A stretch of 64,000 bases of DNA from an uncultured Rhodospirillaceae bacterium (GTDB taxonomy: Bacteria; Pseudomonadota; Alphaproteobacteria; SP197). The notes beneath the pieces were generated by a model that was not told the DNA's origin, ran no database searches, and worked only from the letters and a program-made list of their open reading frames with translations. Below, in pieces: positions 31,298 to 40,515 of this stretch. Location of the stretch: NCBI GenBank assembly GCA_937880925.1, contig CALGGB010000312.1:60-64059 (forward strand), given 5' to 3'. The number at the start of each line of letters is the position of its first letter. Position 1 is the first letter of the stretch. Both the position numbers and the translations under genes were made by a program.

Positions 31298-31852
31298 TCA
31301 GCCCATCATCGCGGTGCCGGCCGCCCGGTCGGAGAGCACCGGCAGGCGGCGTGGCGCAAAGAGCTGGTAGTGCCACCATTCGTTGACGTACCAGTCGAAG
31401 CCCGCTGCGGTCATGATGCCCAGCAGCAGCAGCCGATTGGCCCGCTGCTGCGGAGTCGGTGTGGTTGCGTCGTGGTGGCCGTTGGGCGTGAGATCGTCGA
31501 CCGGGCCGCCCATGTCGATTTCGGCGCCGGCGGCATCGATCAGCGTGACGTCGACCGCCGCACCGCGGCTGTGGGGCGAACCGCGCCGGGGATCGGCGAC
31601 ATAGGCCGGGTCCGGTGTGTGGTTCCACAACGCCCATTGCGCTTCGGACGGACGAAAGGCATCGGTTATCTTCAGGCGCAGACCCTGGACCGCGGCGTGA
31701 TCGATCGCCTTGCGCAGGCAGGCGGCAGCCTCGGGATGCAGCCAGCAGCGCGGGTTGGCGTAGATCGCCCTGCCCATGAAGTTGTCGGCGTGGCCATAGA
31801 CCAGATCGACCTCCACATCCCATTCCGGCGGGGCGATTGCGACCAGCAGCAT
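31298..31852 (-). CDS. ddpX: D-alanyl-D-alanine dipeptidase (VanX/DdpX, peptidase M15D)
   Basis: SEAQWALWN…HSRGAAVDVTLID…EWWHY are the VanX-type Zn ligand and catalytic motifs. The start is the ATG at 31852. Confidence 0.75.
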   Translation of the reverse strand: MLLVAIAPPEWDVEVDLVYGHADNFMGRAIYANPRCWLHPEAAACLRKAIDHAAVQGLRLKITDAFRPSEAQWALWNHTPDPAYVADPRRGSPHSRGAAVDVTLIDAAGAEIDMGGPVDDLTPNGHHDATTPTPQQRANRLLLLGIMTAAGFDWYVNEWWHYQLFAPRRLPVLSDRAAGTAMMG

Positions 31853-31908
31853 GAAGGCTTCTCCCAGGCATGGCGTGGGGAGGCTATCACGGCGCGGGGC
31901 CGCTTCGC

Positions 31909-33027
31909 ATGAGGGTGCTCGCACTCGACACCTGCCTTGCCTCCTGCTCGGTCGCCCTGGCCGAGGACGGTAATGTCGCGGCCTTTGCCGCCGAGCCGAT
32001 GCGGCGGGGCCATGCCGAGCGCATCGTGCCCATGGTGCAGGAGGTGATGGCGCGGGCCGGCCGTGATTTCGGCGATCTTGACCTGATGGCCGTCACCGTG
32101 GGGCCCGGGAGCTTTACCGGCGTGCGCGTGGGCCTTGCCGCCGCGCGCGCCATGGCCATGGTGGCGTGCAGGCCGCTTGCCGGCTTCGGTGTGCTGGAGG
32201 CGCTGGCCCATGCCGTGCCCGCCGAACGGCTGGAGGGGCAGCGCCTGCTGGTCGCCCTCGATGCCCAGCGCGGCGAACTCTACCTGCAGGACTTCGATGC
32301 CCGCCGCCGGGCCCTGGCCCCGGCCCGGCTCGGCAACCGGCTGGACCTTGTCGCGCCCCTGGAACCTTGCCTGGTGGTGGGCGACGGCGCCGGCGCCTTT
32401 GCCGGATTCGCCGGCTGCACCATCGACGAGAGTGTCCTTCTGCCCGATGCGCGCGCCGTTGCGGCCCTGGCCATACAACGTTACGGCTCCGGCGGCATGG
32501 GCCTGCCCGAAGCCATGCCCGCGCCGGTCTATCTGCGCGAGGCCGATGCCAAGCGGCCCGATGATGTCGCGCCGGTGGTGCTGCGCCGCGAGGGCGCAGA
32601 GGCCGCCGGGGTGCTCGCCGAGCTTCACGCGCGGTGCATGGACGATCCCTGGAGCGAGGCCTTTCTCGCCAGGTTCCTGGCCCAGGACGGCGCCGTTGCG
32701 ATTCTGGCGCGCCTGCGCAGCGATGACACGCCGGTGGGCTTTGCCCTGCTGCGCACCGTCGCCGACGAGGCCGAGCTGCTTTCCATCGGCGTGCTGCCGC
32801 AGCGGCGGCGCGAGGGCATCGCGCAGCGCCTGCTGGCGGGCTGCTACGACCGCTGCCGGGCCGGCGCCATTGTCCGCCTGCACCTGGAGGTGGCCGAGGA
32901 CAACACGCCCGCCCGCCAGCTCTATGCCCGCGCCGGCTACCTGCCGGTGGGCCGCCGCAAGGGTTACTACGCGCGCGATGAGGGCGACCCGGTCGACGCC
33001 CTGACCCTGGCGCGCGCCGTACCCTGA
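31909..33027 (+). CDS. tsaB: tRNA threonylcarbamoyladenosine protein TsaB fused in-frame to a RimI-like GNAT acetyltransferase domain
   Basis: Residues 1-~230 are TsaB/YeaZ (MRVLALDTCLASCSVAL…GPGSFTGVRVGLAAARAMA). The C-terminal ~150 aa are GNAT (…ELLSIGVLPQRRREGIAQRLL…LEVAEDNTPARQLYARAGY). No in-frame stop or ATG separates the two parts. Confidence 0.7.
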   Translation: MRVLALDTCLASCSVALAEDGNVAAFAAEPMRRGHAERIVPMVQEVMARAGRDFGDLDLMAVTVGPGSFTGVRVGLAAARAMAMVACRPLAGFGVLEALAHAVPAERLEGQRLLVALDAQRGELYLQDFDARRRALAPARLGNRLDLVAPLEPCLVVGDGAGAFAGFAGCTIDESVLLPDARAVAALAIQRYGSGGMGLPEAMPAPVYLREADAKRPDDVAPVVLRREGAEAAGVLAELHARCMDDPWSEAFLARFLAQDGAVAILARLRSDDTPVGFALLRTVADEAELLSIGVLPQRRREGIAQRLLAGCYDRCRAGAIVRLHLEVAEDNTPARQLYARAGYLPVGRRKGYYARDEGDPVDALTLARAVP

Positions 33028-33036
33028 GGCCGGACC

Positions 33037-33309
33037 TCAGCCCTGCGTGGCCATCGCGCAGCGCGCCGCGCCGCTCTCGGCGACCGGCACGATCTCGAAG
33101 CGGGCAAGGTCGCACCAGGCGGCGACCCAGCGCTGCAGCAGGGTGACATCCTCGCAGGCCATGACCTGAAAGCAGCGACCGAGATCGGCCGAAACCCAGC
33201 TTGCGACATAGTCGAGGCCCTCCGGCATCTGCCGGCCGCGCTCTTCCAGGCGGCGGTAGATCGCCGCGGCGTCGCCATTGTTGAAGTGCTCGATCACCAT
33301 GAACTGCAT
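33037..33309 (-). CDS. DUF3303-like small protein
   Basis: MQFMVIEHFNNGDAAAIYRRLEERGRQMPEGLDYVASWV resembles the DUF3303 family pattern, from memory. Confidence 0.45.
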   Translation of the reverse strand: MQFMVIEHFNNGDAAAIYRRLEERGRQMPEGLDYVASWVSADLGRCFQVMACEDVTLLQRWVAAWCDLARFEIVPVAESGAARCAMATQG

Positions 33310-33418
33310 GCCATCGTCCTCACGCCAGATCCCCGCAATGACCGGCACAGGAGCATTCCGGAGCCGCCGAACAAGATCTTGACTGTGTGCTTACGTCATG
33401 TCCTGCATCCATTCCGGT

Positions 33419-33715
33419 CTAGCGTACGCGCAGGCGCAGTCGCCAGACGCCGGAATCCCCGGACTCTTGAACCAGCGAGAGAACTTCGTGGCCATGTTCC
33501 TTCACGGAACGGGGAACATTCGACAATGGCTCGCCGTCATTGAGGCGAACTTCGGCAACCTGCCCCGATTCCATGCGTTCGATAAGGAGTTTTGTCTTCA
33601 CGAACGTCAAAGGGCAGACATCGCTTGTAATGTCCAAGAAAACATCGTAATTCACATCTTCCTCATCTTGAGCGCATGTGGTGTTGCCTGCGGTGCCTGT
33701 CACTGGATGTTCCAC
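33419..33715 (-). CDS. TusA-like sulfurtransferase (SirA/YedF fold)
   Basis: Conserved CPxP motif (DITSDVCPLTFVKTK). The gene sits in a locally lower-GC stretch, divergent from mucR. Confidence 0.5.
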   Translation of the reverse strand: MEHPVTGTAGNTTCAQDEEDVNYDVFLDITSDVCPLTFVKTKLLIERMESGQVAEVRLNDGEPLSNVPRSVKEHGHEVLSLVQESGDSGVWRLRLRVR

Positions 33716-33771
33716 TGTGTCAAATTGAGAATCAACAACCTTAGCACGAACTTTATGACAAGGAGACGACC

Positions 33772-34188
33772 ATGCCCGGTTCCGCCGAGCTGCTCGAGCT
33801 GACCACGGAAATCGTCGCGGCCCACGTCGCGAACAACGAGATCTCCGCGGGCGACCTGCCCGGATTGATTGAACAGGTTTACGGCGCCCTTGCCCGTATC
33901 GCTTCCGGTAACATGCCGGCTGCGGTTGCCGAGCGTCCCGAACCTGCCGTGTCGATCAAGAAGTCCATTGCTCCCGACTATATCGTTTGTCTGGAGGACG
34001 GAAAGAAGCTGAAGATGCTGAAGCGCTACATCAAGACGCGCTACGATCTGACGCCCGATGAATACCGCGCCCGCTGGGGCCTGCCCTCGGACTATCCCAT
34101 GGTTGCCCCCAACTACGCTGCCCAGCGCAGCGAACTGGCCAAGAAGATCGGCCTGGGCAGCCGCGGCGGCCGCCGCAAGCGCGTCTGA
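33772..34188 (+). CDS. mucR: MucR/Ros family zinc-finger transcriptional regulator
   Basis: SIKKSIAPDYIVCLEDGKKLKMLKRYIKTRYDLTPDEYRARWGLPSDYPMVAPNYAAQRSELAKKIGLG is the Ros/MucR C2H2-like domain almost verbatim. An AT-rich upstream region fits MucR autoregulation. Confidence 0.85.
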   Translation: MPGSAELLELTTEIVAAHVANNEISAGDLPGLIEQVYGALARIASGNMPAAVAERPEPAVSIKKSIAPDYIVCLEDGKKLKMLKRYIKTRYDLTPDEYRARWGLPSDYPMVAPNYAAQRSELAKKIGLGSRGGRRKRV

Positions 34189-34331
34189 TCCAGGCCGCGC
34201 GGGCCGGCCATCGGGCCCCTTGCGGAGAGCTTCCGCGAAGGGTTCACGGCGGGTCCTGCAGAAGTTAGAGTCGGCGCGTCGCCACCGGGCGGCGCGCCGA
34301 TCTTTTTTCTCAAGGGTCGGGTCAGGACAGG

Positions 34332-34763
34332 GTGATGAATTCACGCATCGAACAGGCTTGCATCGACAAGGGTCTGAAGATGACCGAGCAGCGGCGGGTC
34401 ATCGCGCAGATTCTTTCGGAGGCCGAAGACCATCCCGATGTCGAGGAGGTCTATCGCCGTGCCAGCGAGGTCGATCAGAAGATATCGCTGGCCACGGTCT
34501 ATCGCACCCTGCGCCTGTTCGAGGACAACAGCATCATCCAGAGCCACGATTTCGGCGGCGGGCGCGCCCGCTATGAGGCCAGCGACGACGACACGCATCA
34601 CGATCACCTGATCGATGTCGAGACCGGCAAGGTGATCGAGTTCTTCGATGAGGAACTGGAGGCGCTGCAGGAGAAGATCGCCAAGCGTCTGGGTTACCGC
34701 ATCGTCGATCACAAGCTCGAACTGTTCTGCCTGCCGCTGAAGCGACGGGGTGGCCATGACTGA
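34332..34763 (+). CDS. irr: Fur family transcriptional regulator, Irr-like
   Basis: Fur-fold DNA-binding helix (LATVYRTLRLFEDNSII) and the HHDH metal/heme motif (DDDTHHDHLID). Confidence 0.7.
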   Translation: MMNSRIEQACIDKGLKMTEQRRVIAQILSEAEDHPDVEEVYRRASEVDQKISLATVYRTLRLFEDNSIIQSHDFGGGRARYEASDDDTHHDHLIDVETGKVIEFFDEELEALQEKIAKRLGYRIVDHKLELFCLPLKRRGGHD

Positions 34764-34784
34764 GATCACGGTCCCCCGGCAGGC

Positions 34785-35621
34785 ATGAACGATCCCAAAA
34801 TGCAGGACGCCGCCCCGCTTGATGCCGGCATCCGGCTCGGGCCCTTCGAGCTGCGCATGGCGCGCGACGAGGCCGATGTCCTTGCCGTCCAGCGCCTTCG
34901 CTACCGCGTCTTCTATGAGGAGATGAAGGCCCGGCCCATCGGCACGATGGAAGCGGAGAGACGCGACTTCGATGCCTTCGACGAGATCTGCGATCACCTG
35001 CTGGTGACCGATTCCAAGCGCAGCGGCGAGGAGGCCGTGGTCGGCACCTATCGCCTGCTGCGCCGCTCCGTGGCCGAGCGTCACGGCCGCTTCTACACGG
35101 AAGACGAATACGACATCTCCAAGCTGCTGGCCGTCGAAGGCGAACTGGTGGAGCTGGGGCGCAGTTGCGTCGACATGAACTACCGCGCCGGCGCGGTGGT
35201 GCAGGCGCTGCTGCGCGGCCTGGTCGCCTATGTCACCCAGTACGACATCGGCCTGATGTTCGGCTGTGCCAGCCTGCACGGCACCGATCCGGACGAGCTG
35301 GCCCTGCCGCTTTCCCATCTCCACCACCATCTGCGCGCGCCCGAGCACCTGCGCGCCCGGGCCCTGGAGAGCCGCTACGTCGAGATGAACCGCCTGCCGA
35401 TCGAGGCGGTCGATCCCAAGGCGGGTGCGGCCAGCCTGCCGCCCCTGATCAAGGGTTACGCGCGCGCAGGCTGCCGCTTTGGCGACGGCGCCGTGATCGA
35501 CGAGCAGTTCAACACCACCGACGTCTGCGTGGTGCTCGATCTGAAGGCGGCCGACGACAAGTACCGCGCCCGCTACAGCCGCGACGAACAGGAGCAGGCC
35601 GAGGGCGCGGAGGAGGCATGA
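34785..35621 (+). CDS. olsB: ornithine-acyl-ACP N-acyltransferase OlsB (GNAT-like)
   Basis: Hemolysin-like GNAT fold (…LAVQRLRYRVFYEEM…GTYRLL…ELGRSCVD…). The gene is immediately followed by an acyltransferase gene with overlapping ATGA. Confidence 0.75.
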   Translation: MNDPKMQDAAPLDAGIRLGPFELRMARDEADVLAVQRLRYRVFYEEMKARPIGTMEAERRDFDAFDEICDHLLVTDSKRSGEEAVVGTYRLLRRSVAERHGRFYTEDEYDISKLLAVEGELVELGRSCVDMNYRAGAVVQALLRGLVAYVTQYDIGLMFGCASLHGTDPDELALPLSHLHHHLRAPEHLRARALESRYVEMNRLPIEAVDPKAGAASLPPLIKGYARAGCRFGDGAVIDEQFNTTDVCVVLDLKAADDKYRARYSRDEQEQAEGAEEA

Positions 35622-36487
35622 ACGTCACCCTGGCTGTCGTTCGCCTGCTGTTTTATGTCGGCCTGACCCTGCCCTGCATGCCGATCCAGGCGGTTCTGGT
35701 GGCGATCGGCGCGCGCGCCTCGGTCGGTTTCGCCCAGGGGTATCATCGCCTCGTCTGCCGCATCTTCGGCATCCGCCTGGACGTGCGCGGACGTGTCGCC
35801 AGACAGAAGCCGCTGCTGATCGTGGCCAACCACACCTCCTATCTCGACATCGAGATCCTGGGCGCCCTGGTGCGCGGCAGTTTCGTCGCCAAGGCCGAAG
35901 TCGCGACCTGGCCCATGTTCGGCTGGCTGGCCAAGCTGCAGCGCACCGTCTTCGTCGACCGCCGCCCGACCCAGGCCGGAAAGCAGAAGGACGCCATCAC
36001 CGCCCGCCTGGAAAAGGGCGAACGGCTGATCCTGTTCCCCGAAGGCACGACCAGCGACGGCAACCGGGTGCTGCCCTTCAAGCGCGCCCTGTTCGCGGTC
36101 GCCCAGCAGCGCATCGACGACAAGCCGCTGGCCGTGCAGCCGGTCTCCATCGCCTACTCCGGTTTCTCCAACCTGCCGATGGACCGCGACATGCGGCCGA
36201 CCTTTGCCTGGTACGGCGACATGGAACTGATGCCCCATGCCTGGCGCTTTCTGGGCGCGGGCACCCTGACCGTGGTCGTGCAGTTCCATCCTGCCGTGAC
36301 CATTGAGGATGCCGGCGGCGACCGGCGCAAGCTAGCCGAGATGTGCGAGGAGACGGTTTCCGATGGCGTTTCGGTGGCTCTGGCCGGAGCCCTGCCCGCC
36401 AAGACGCAGCGCCGGTTCGCCAGCCTGCGGCGCAAGGCCGGCGGCAAGGATGGCGGCAAGACCGCCGAACCTTCCGTCCGGGGCTGA
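35617..36487 (+). CDS. olsA: lyso-ornithine lipid O-acyltransferase OlsA (PlsC family)
   Basis: PlsC HX4D motif (VANHTSYLDI) and the FPEGTTS motif. Its ATG overlaps the olsB stop. Confidence 0.75.
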
Positions 36488-36733
36488 ACCGGAGCGCCGC
36501 AACAGGGCGTCATCGCGCCGTCGCAGTGATCTGGCACAAGGCTGCCACGCGGGCTTGTCAATTGACTCTGCCTGCGGGGCTAAGGCATTCTCGACCCTTC
36601 TCCCCGGCAATCCCGCGCGGGGCAGCAACGTGTCAGCAGGCGCATTCTTGTCAGGCGAACTTTCGTCGGCCGCATGAGCGACACCACACGCACGAACAGG
36701 CGACGCCGCTAGGCGTCGACAGCGCGACCCCGC

Positions 36734-38107
36734 TTGCCAAAGAAACTCTTCATCAAGACCTATGGCTGCCAGATGAACGTCTACGACTCCGGTCGTATGG
36801 CCGATCTGCTGGCGCCGCTCGGCTATGAATCCACGCTCTCGCCCGAGGGCGCGGACCTGGTCATCCTCAACACCTGCCACATCCGCGAGAAGGCCGCAGA
36901 GAAGGTCTATTCCGAACTCGGCCGGCTGCGTCCGCTGAAGGAAGAGCGTGCGCAGAGGGGCGGGCGCATGATGATCGCCGTGGCCGGCTGCGTCGCCCAG
37001 GCCGAGGGCGAGGAGATGATCCGCCGCGCCCCCGTGGTCGACCTGGTCGTCGGGCCGCAGACCTATCACCGCCTGCCCGAGCTGGTCGCACGCGCCCACC
37101 GCAGCGCCGGCGCCGTGCTCGATACCGACTTCCCGCCCGAATCGAAGTTCGACCACCTGCCCGAAACCCAGGCGGTGGATGGGCCCACGGCCTTCCTCTC
37201 GATCCAGGAGGGTTGCGACAAGTTCTGCACCTTCTGCGTCGTGCCCTATACGCGCGGCGCGGAGTTCTCGCGTCCCGCCGGCGCAATCCTCACCGAAGCG
37301 CGCCGCCTCGTTGCCTCGGGCGTGGTCGAGCTCACCCTGCTGGGCCAGAACGTCAACGCCTGGCATGGCGAGGGCACCGACGGCGGTCCCTGGAGCTTCG
37401 GCCGCCTGCTGCGGGCGCTCGCCGACGTGCCGGGGCTGGAGCGGCTGCGTTACACCACCTCCCACCCGCGCGACATGGACGACGACCTGATCGCGGCCCA
37501 TGGCGAGCTGGAACAGTTGATGCCTTACCTGCACCTGCCGGTGCAGTCGGGTTCCGACAGCATCCTGAAGGCGATGAACCGGCGTCACACCGCTGACGAC
37601 TATCGCCGTCTGGTCGAGCGCATCCGTAAGGCGCGCGCCGACATCGCCATGTCCTGCGATTTCATCGTCGGCTTCCCCGGCGAAAGCGATGCCGATTTCG
37701 CCGCGACGCTCAAGCTTGTGAGCGACGTCGGCTATGCCTCGGCCTTTACCTTCAAGTACAGCCCGCGCCCGGGAACACCGGCGGCCGGCGAGAACCTGCA
37801 GGTGCCCGAGAACGTCAAGAGCGAGCGCCTGGCCGCGCTGCAGCAGCTTCTGGGCGCCCAGCACGATGCCTTCAACCACGCCACGGTCGGACGCACCCTG
37901 CCGGTGCTCTTCGAAAGGGTCGGGCGCCGTCAGGGTCAGCTCATCGGCCGTTCGCCCTATCTCCAGGCGGTTTATGCCATGGCCGACGGCGACCTGATGG
38001 GCCGCATCGTTCCGGTCACCATTCTCGAGGCCAAGCCCAATTCGCTGGCCGGCGTTCTTGCGCCCTCGGGCGCTGCTGTGAGCCACCATGCGGAGGTCGG
38101 CGCGTGA
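36734..38107 (+). CDS. miaB: tRNA-2-methylthio-N6-dimethylallyladenosine synthase MiaB
   Basis: TTG start giving [15 protein letters not shown]. The radical-SAM CxxxCxxC (CDKFCTFC) and a TRAM domain are present. Confidence 0.9.
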   Translation: MPKKLFIKTYGCQMNVYDSGRMADLLAPLGYESTLSPEGADLVILNTCHIREKAAEKVYSELGRLRPLKEERAQRGGRMMIAVAGCVAQAEGEEMIRRAPVVDLVVGPQTYHRLPELVARAHRSAGAVLDTDFPPESKFDHLPETQAVDGPTAFLSIQEGCDKFCTFCVVPYTRGAEFSRPAGAILTEARRLVASGVVELTLLGQNVNAWHGEGTDGGPWSFGRLLRALADVPGLERLRYTTSHPRDMDDDLIAAHGELEQLMPYLHLPVQSGSDSILKAMNRRHTADDYRRLVERIRKARADIAMSCDFIVGFPGESDADFAATLKLVSDVGYASAFTFKYSPRPGTPAAGENLQVPENVKSERLAALQQLLGAQHDAFNHATVGRTLPVLFERVGRRQGQLIGRSPYLQAVYAMADGDLMGRIVPVTILEAKPNSLAGVLAPSGAAVSHHAEVGA

Positions 38108-39084
38108 AAAGCGGTGAGGCCGGCGGCGCCACGCCGCGTTACCTTTCGTTCGACGACAACGGCCTTGTCCCCCAGCTTTTCGGCGACCACGACCGCCACC
38201 TGGCGCGCATCGAACAACGCCTGGGGGTGGCGCTGTCATCCCGCGGCAACCAGATCGCCGTCTCCGGCCCGGAGGGTTCGGCCGATACGGCGGTGGCGGT
38301 GCTCAACGCGCTCTACGCGCGGCTCAAGACCGGCCTTCCGGTATCGCTGGCCGAGGTCGATGCCGCCGTGCGCATCGCCAACGAACCCGCGGTCGAGGGC
38401 GAACCGACCAACCTGATCGAGATCAAGACGCCCAAGCGGCGCATCACGCCGCGCTCGCGCAACCAGGCGCGATATCTCCAGACCCTGGCCGACAACGAGC
38501 TGGTCTTTGCCTTAGGCCCGGCGGGTACCGGCAAGACCTATCTGGCCGTCGCGATGGCGGTTGCCATGATGGAGGCCGGGCGCGTCGACCGCATCGTGCT
38601 GTCGCGCCCCGCGGTCGAGGCCGGCGAACGCCTGGGCTTTCTGCCCGGCGATCTGCGCGAGAAGGTGGATCCCTACCTGCGTCCGCTCTACGACGCCCTG
38701 CACGACATGCTTCCGGGCGAAAAGGTCGCGCGCAAGCTCGCCAGCGACGACATCGAGGTCGCCCCGCTTGCCTTCATGCGCGGCCGCACGCTGTCCAATG
38801 CCTTTGTCATCCTGGACGAGGCGCAGAACACCTCGGCCGTGCAGATGAAGATGTTCCTGACGCGCCTGGGCGAGAACGCGCGCATGGTCGTCACCGGCGA
38901 CCTCAGCCAGATCGATCTGCCGCCGGGCCAGACCTCGGGCCTGGCCGACGCCCTGGACGTGCTGAAGGATGTCGAGGGCATCGCCATGGTGCGTTTCACC
39001 CATGTCGACGTGGTGCGCCACGAGCTGGTGACGCGCATCGTGCAGGCCTATGACGGGCGCCCCAAGCAGGGCAATACACGCTGA
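38104..39084 (+). CDS. ybeZ: PhoH-like ATPase (YbeZ)
   Basis: Walker [13 protein letters not shown] and the PhoH family blocks. It is in the conserved miaB-ybeZ-ybeY-ybeX-lnt order. Confidence 0.9.
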   Translation: MKSGEAGGATPRYLSFDDNGLVPQLFGDHDRHLARIEQRLGVALSSRGNQIAVSGPEGSADTAVAVLNALYARLKTGLPVSLAEVDAAVRIANEPAVEGEPTNLIEIKTPKRRITPRSRNQARYLQTLADNELVFALGPAGTGKTYLAVAMAVAMMEAGRVDRIVLSRPAVEAGERLGFLPGDLREKVDPYLRPLYDALHDMLPGEKVARKLASDDIEVAPLAFMRGRTLSNAFVILDEAQNTSAVQMKMFLTRLGENARMVVTGDLSQIDLPPGQTSGLADALDVLKDVEGIAMVRFTHVDVVRHELVTRIVQAYDGRPKQGNTR

Positions 39085-39626
39085 TGGACACGGGCTCTCC
39101 CTCCAGTACGACCGCCAGGCGGGCGGGGCCGATCACGATCGATCTGGCGCTGGACGACCCTGCCTGGCTCGAGGATCTGCCCGACGCGGAGGCGCTGGCC
39201 ACGCGTGCGGCAACCGCGGCCCTGGATGCCGCCTGCCCCGGCCCCGCACTGGCCATGGCCCTGGTGCTTTCCGACGATGCCCGGCTGCAAGAGCTGAACC
39301 GCCAGTGGCGCGCCATCGACAAGCCGACCAACGTGCTCTCCTTTCCCGCACAGGAGCTGGTTGCGGGCCAGACGCCGCGACGCGAACCGGGCATGCCCGC
39401 GGAGCTGGCGATCGAACTGGGCGATGTCATCGTCGCGCACGCCACGATGAAACGCGAGGCGCGGGAGGCCGCGCGGCCTCTTGGGCATCATCTCTGCCAT
39501 CTGGTGGTGCACGGGACCCTGCACCTGGTGGGCTACGACCATGAGGCCGATGACGAGGCCGACTTGATGGAAACCATGGAACGCAACGTGCTGGCCGGGC
39601 TCGGCATCCCGGACCCATACGTCTGA
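39084..39626 (+). CDS. ybeY: rRNA maturation endoribonuclease YbeY
   Basis: HLVVHGTLHLVGYDHE is the H3xH5xH zinc motif. Confidence 0.9.
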   Translation: MDTGSPSSTTARRAGPITIDLALDDPAWLEDLPDAEALATRAATAALDAACPGPALAMALVLSDDARLQELNRQWRAIDKPTNVLSFPAQELVAGQTPRREPGMPAELAIELGDVIVAHATMKREAREAARPLGHHLCHLVVHGTLHLVGYDHEADDEADLMETMERNVLAGLGIPDPYV

Positions 39627-39636
39627 GGAGAAAACG

Positions 39637-40515
39637 GTGGCCGATCGATCTACGAGCAATGGTGGATCCCAGGCGGGGTTCACCGGCTGGCTGCGCCGCC
39701 TGATCGGCGGGCGTGGCGGCGAGAGCCTGCGCGAGACCGTGGAGGAGTTGCTGGAGGGTTACGAGGAGGACGGCGAACGTCTCTCGGACACGGAACGGTC
39801 GATGCTGGTCAACCTGCTGAAGTTCGGCGAACTGCGGGTCGACGACATCATGGTGCCGCGTGCCGATATCGTGGCCCTGGAGGAGGCGACCCCGCTGCAG
39901 GGCGTTGTTGAGCAGGTGAGGAAGGAAGGCCACTCGCGCCTGCCGGTCTATCGCGAGACGCTCGACGATGTCGTCGGCATGATTCATGTCCGCGACCTGC
40001 TCGATTGCTGGGGTGCGGAACCGCCGGGCCCGGCGCTTTCCAGCCTGGTGCGCCAGGTGCTGTTTGTTCCGCCCTCGATGCCGGTGCTTGATCTGCTGAT
40101 CAAGATGCGGAGTTCGCGCATCCATATGGCGCTGGTGGTCGACGAATACGGCGGCATCGACGGACTGGCGACCATTGAGGATCTGGTCGAGCCGATCGTC
40201 GGCGAGATCTGGGACGAACACGATACCGACGATCAGGACCATCTCGTCGAGCGGCCCGGCGGCGTTCTGGAGGCCAGTGCGCGCACCACGGTCGAGGAAC
40301 TGGAGGAGCGCACCGGCATTGACCTGCTGCCCGAGGATCGCGAGGAGGACATCGACACCCTGGGCGGCCTGGTGGTCGATATGCTGGGCCGCGTCCCGGC
40401 ACGCGGTGAACTGATCCGCCACGAGAGCGGCATGGAGTTCGAAATCGTCGATGCCGACCCGCGCCGCATCAAGCGCCTGCGCGTGCGCGGAGCCCCGCCC
40501 AGGCCTGATGCCTGA
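39637..40515 (+). CDS. corC: CBS-pair/CorC-HlyC domain protein (CorC/YbeX)
   Basis: Tandem CBS domains and a C-terminal transporter-associated domain (…LIRHESGMEFEIVDADPRRIKRLRVR). Confidence 0.85.
   Translation: MADRSTSNGGSQAGFTGWLRRLIGGRGGESLRETVEELLEGYEEDGERLSDTERSMLVNLLKFGELRVDDIMVPRADIVALEEATPLQGVVEQVRKEGHSRLPVYRETLDDVVGMIHVRDLLDCWGAEPPGPALSSLVRQVLFVPPSMPVLDLLIKMRSSRIHMALVVDEYGGIDGLATIEDLVEPIVGEIWDEHDTDDQDHLVERPGGVLEASARTTVEELEERTGIDLLPEDREEDIDTLGGLVVDMLGRVPARGELIRHESGMEFEIVDADPRRIKRLRVRGAPPRPDA

Noticed and set aside
31870-31908. Longer N-terminal extension of tsaB (MAWGGYHGAGPLR…)
   Set aside because: The conserved TsaB N-terminus begins at the ATG at 31909, and the extension overlaps the divergent ddpX start region.
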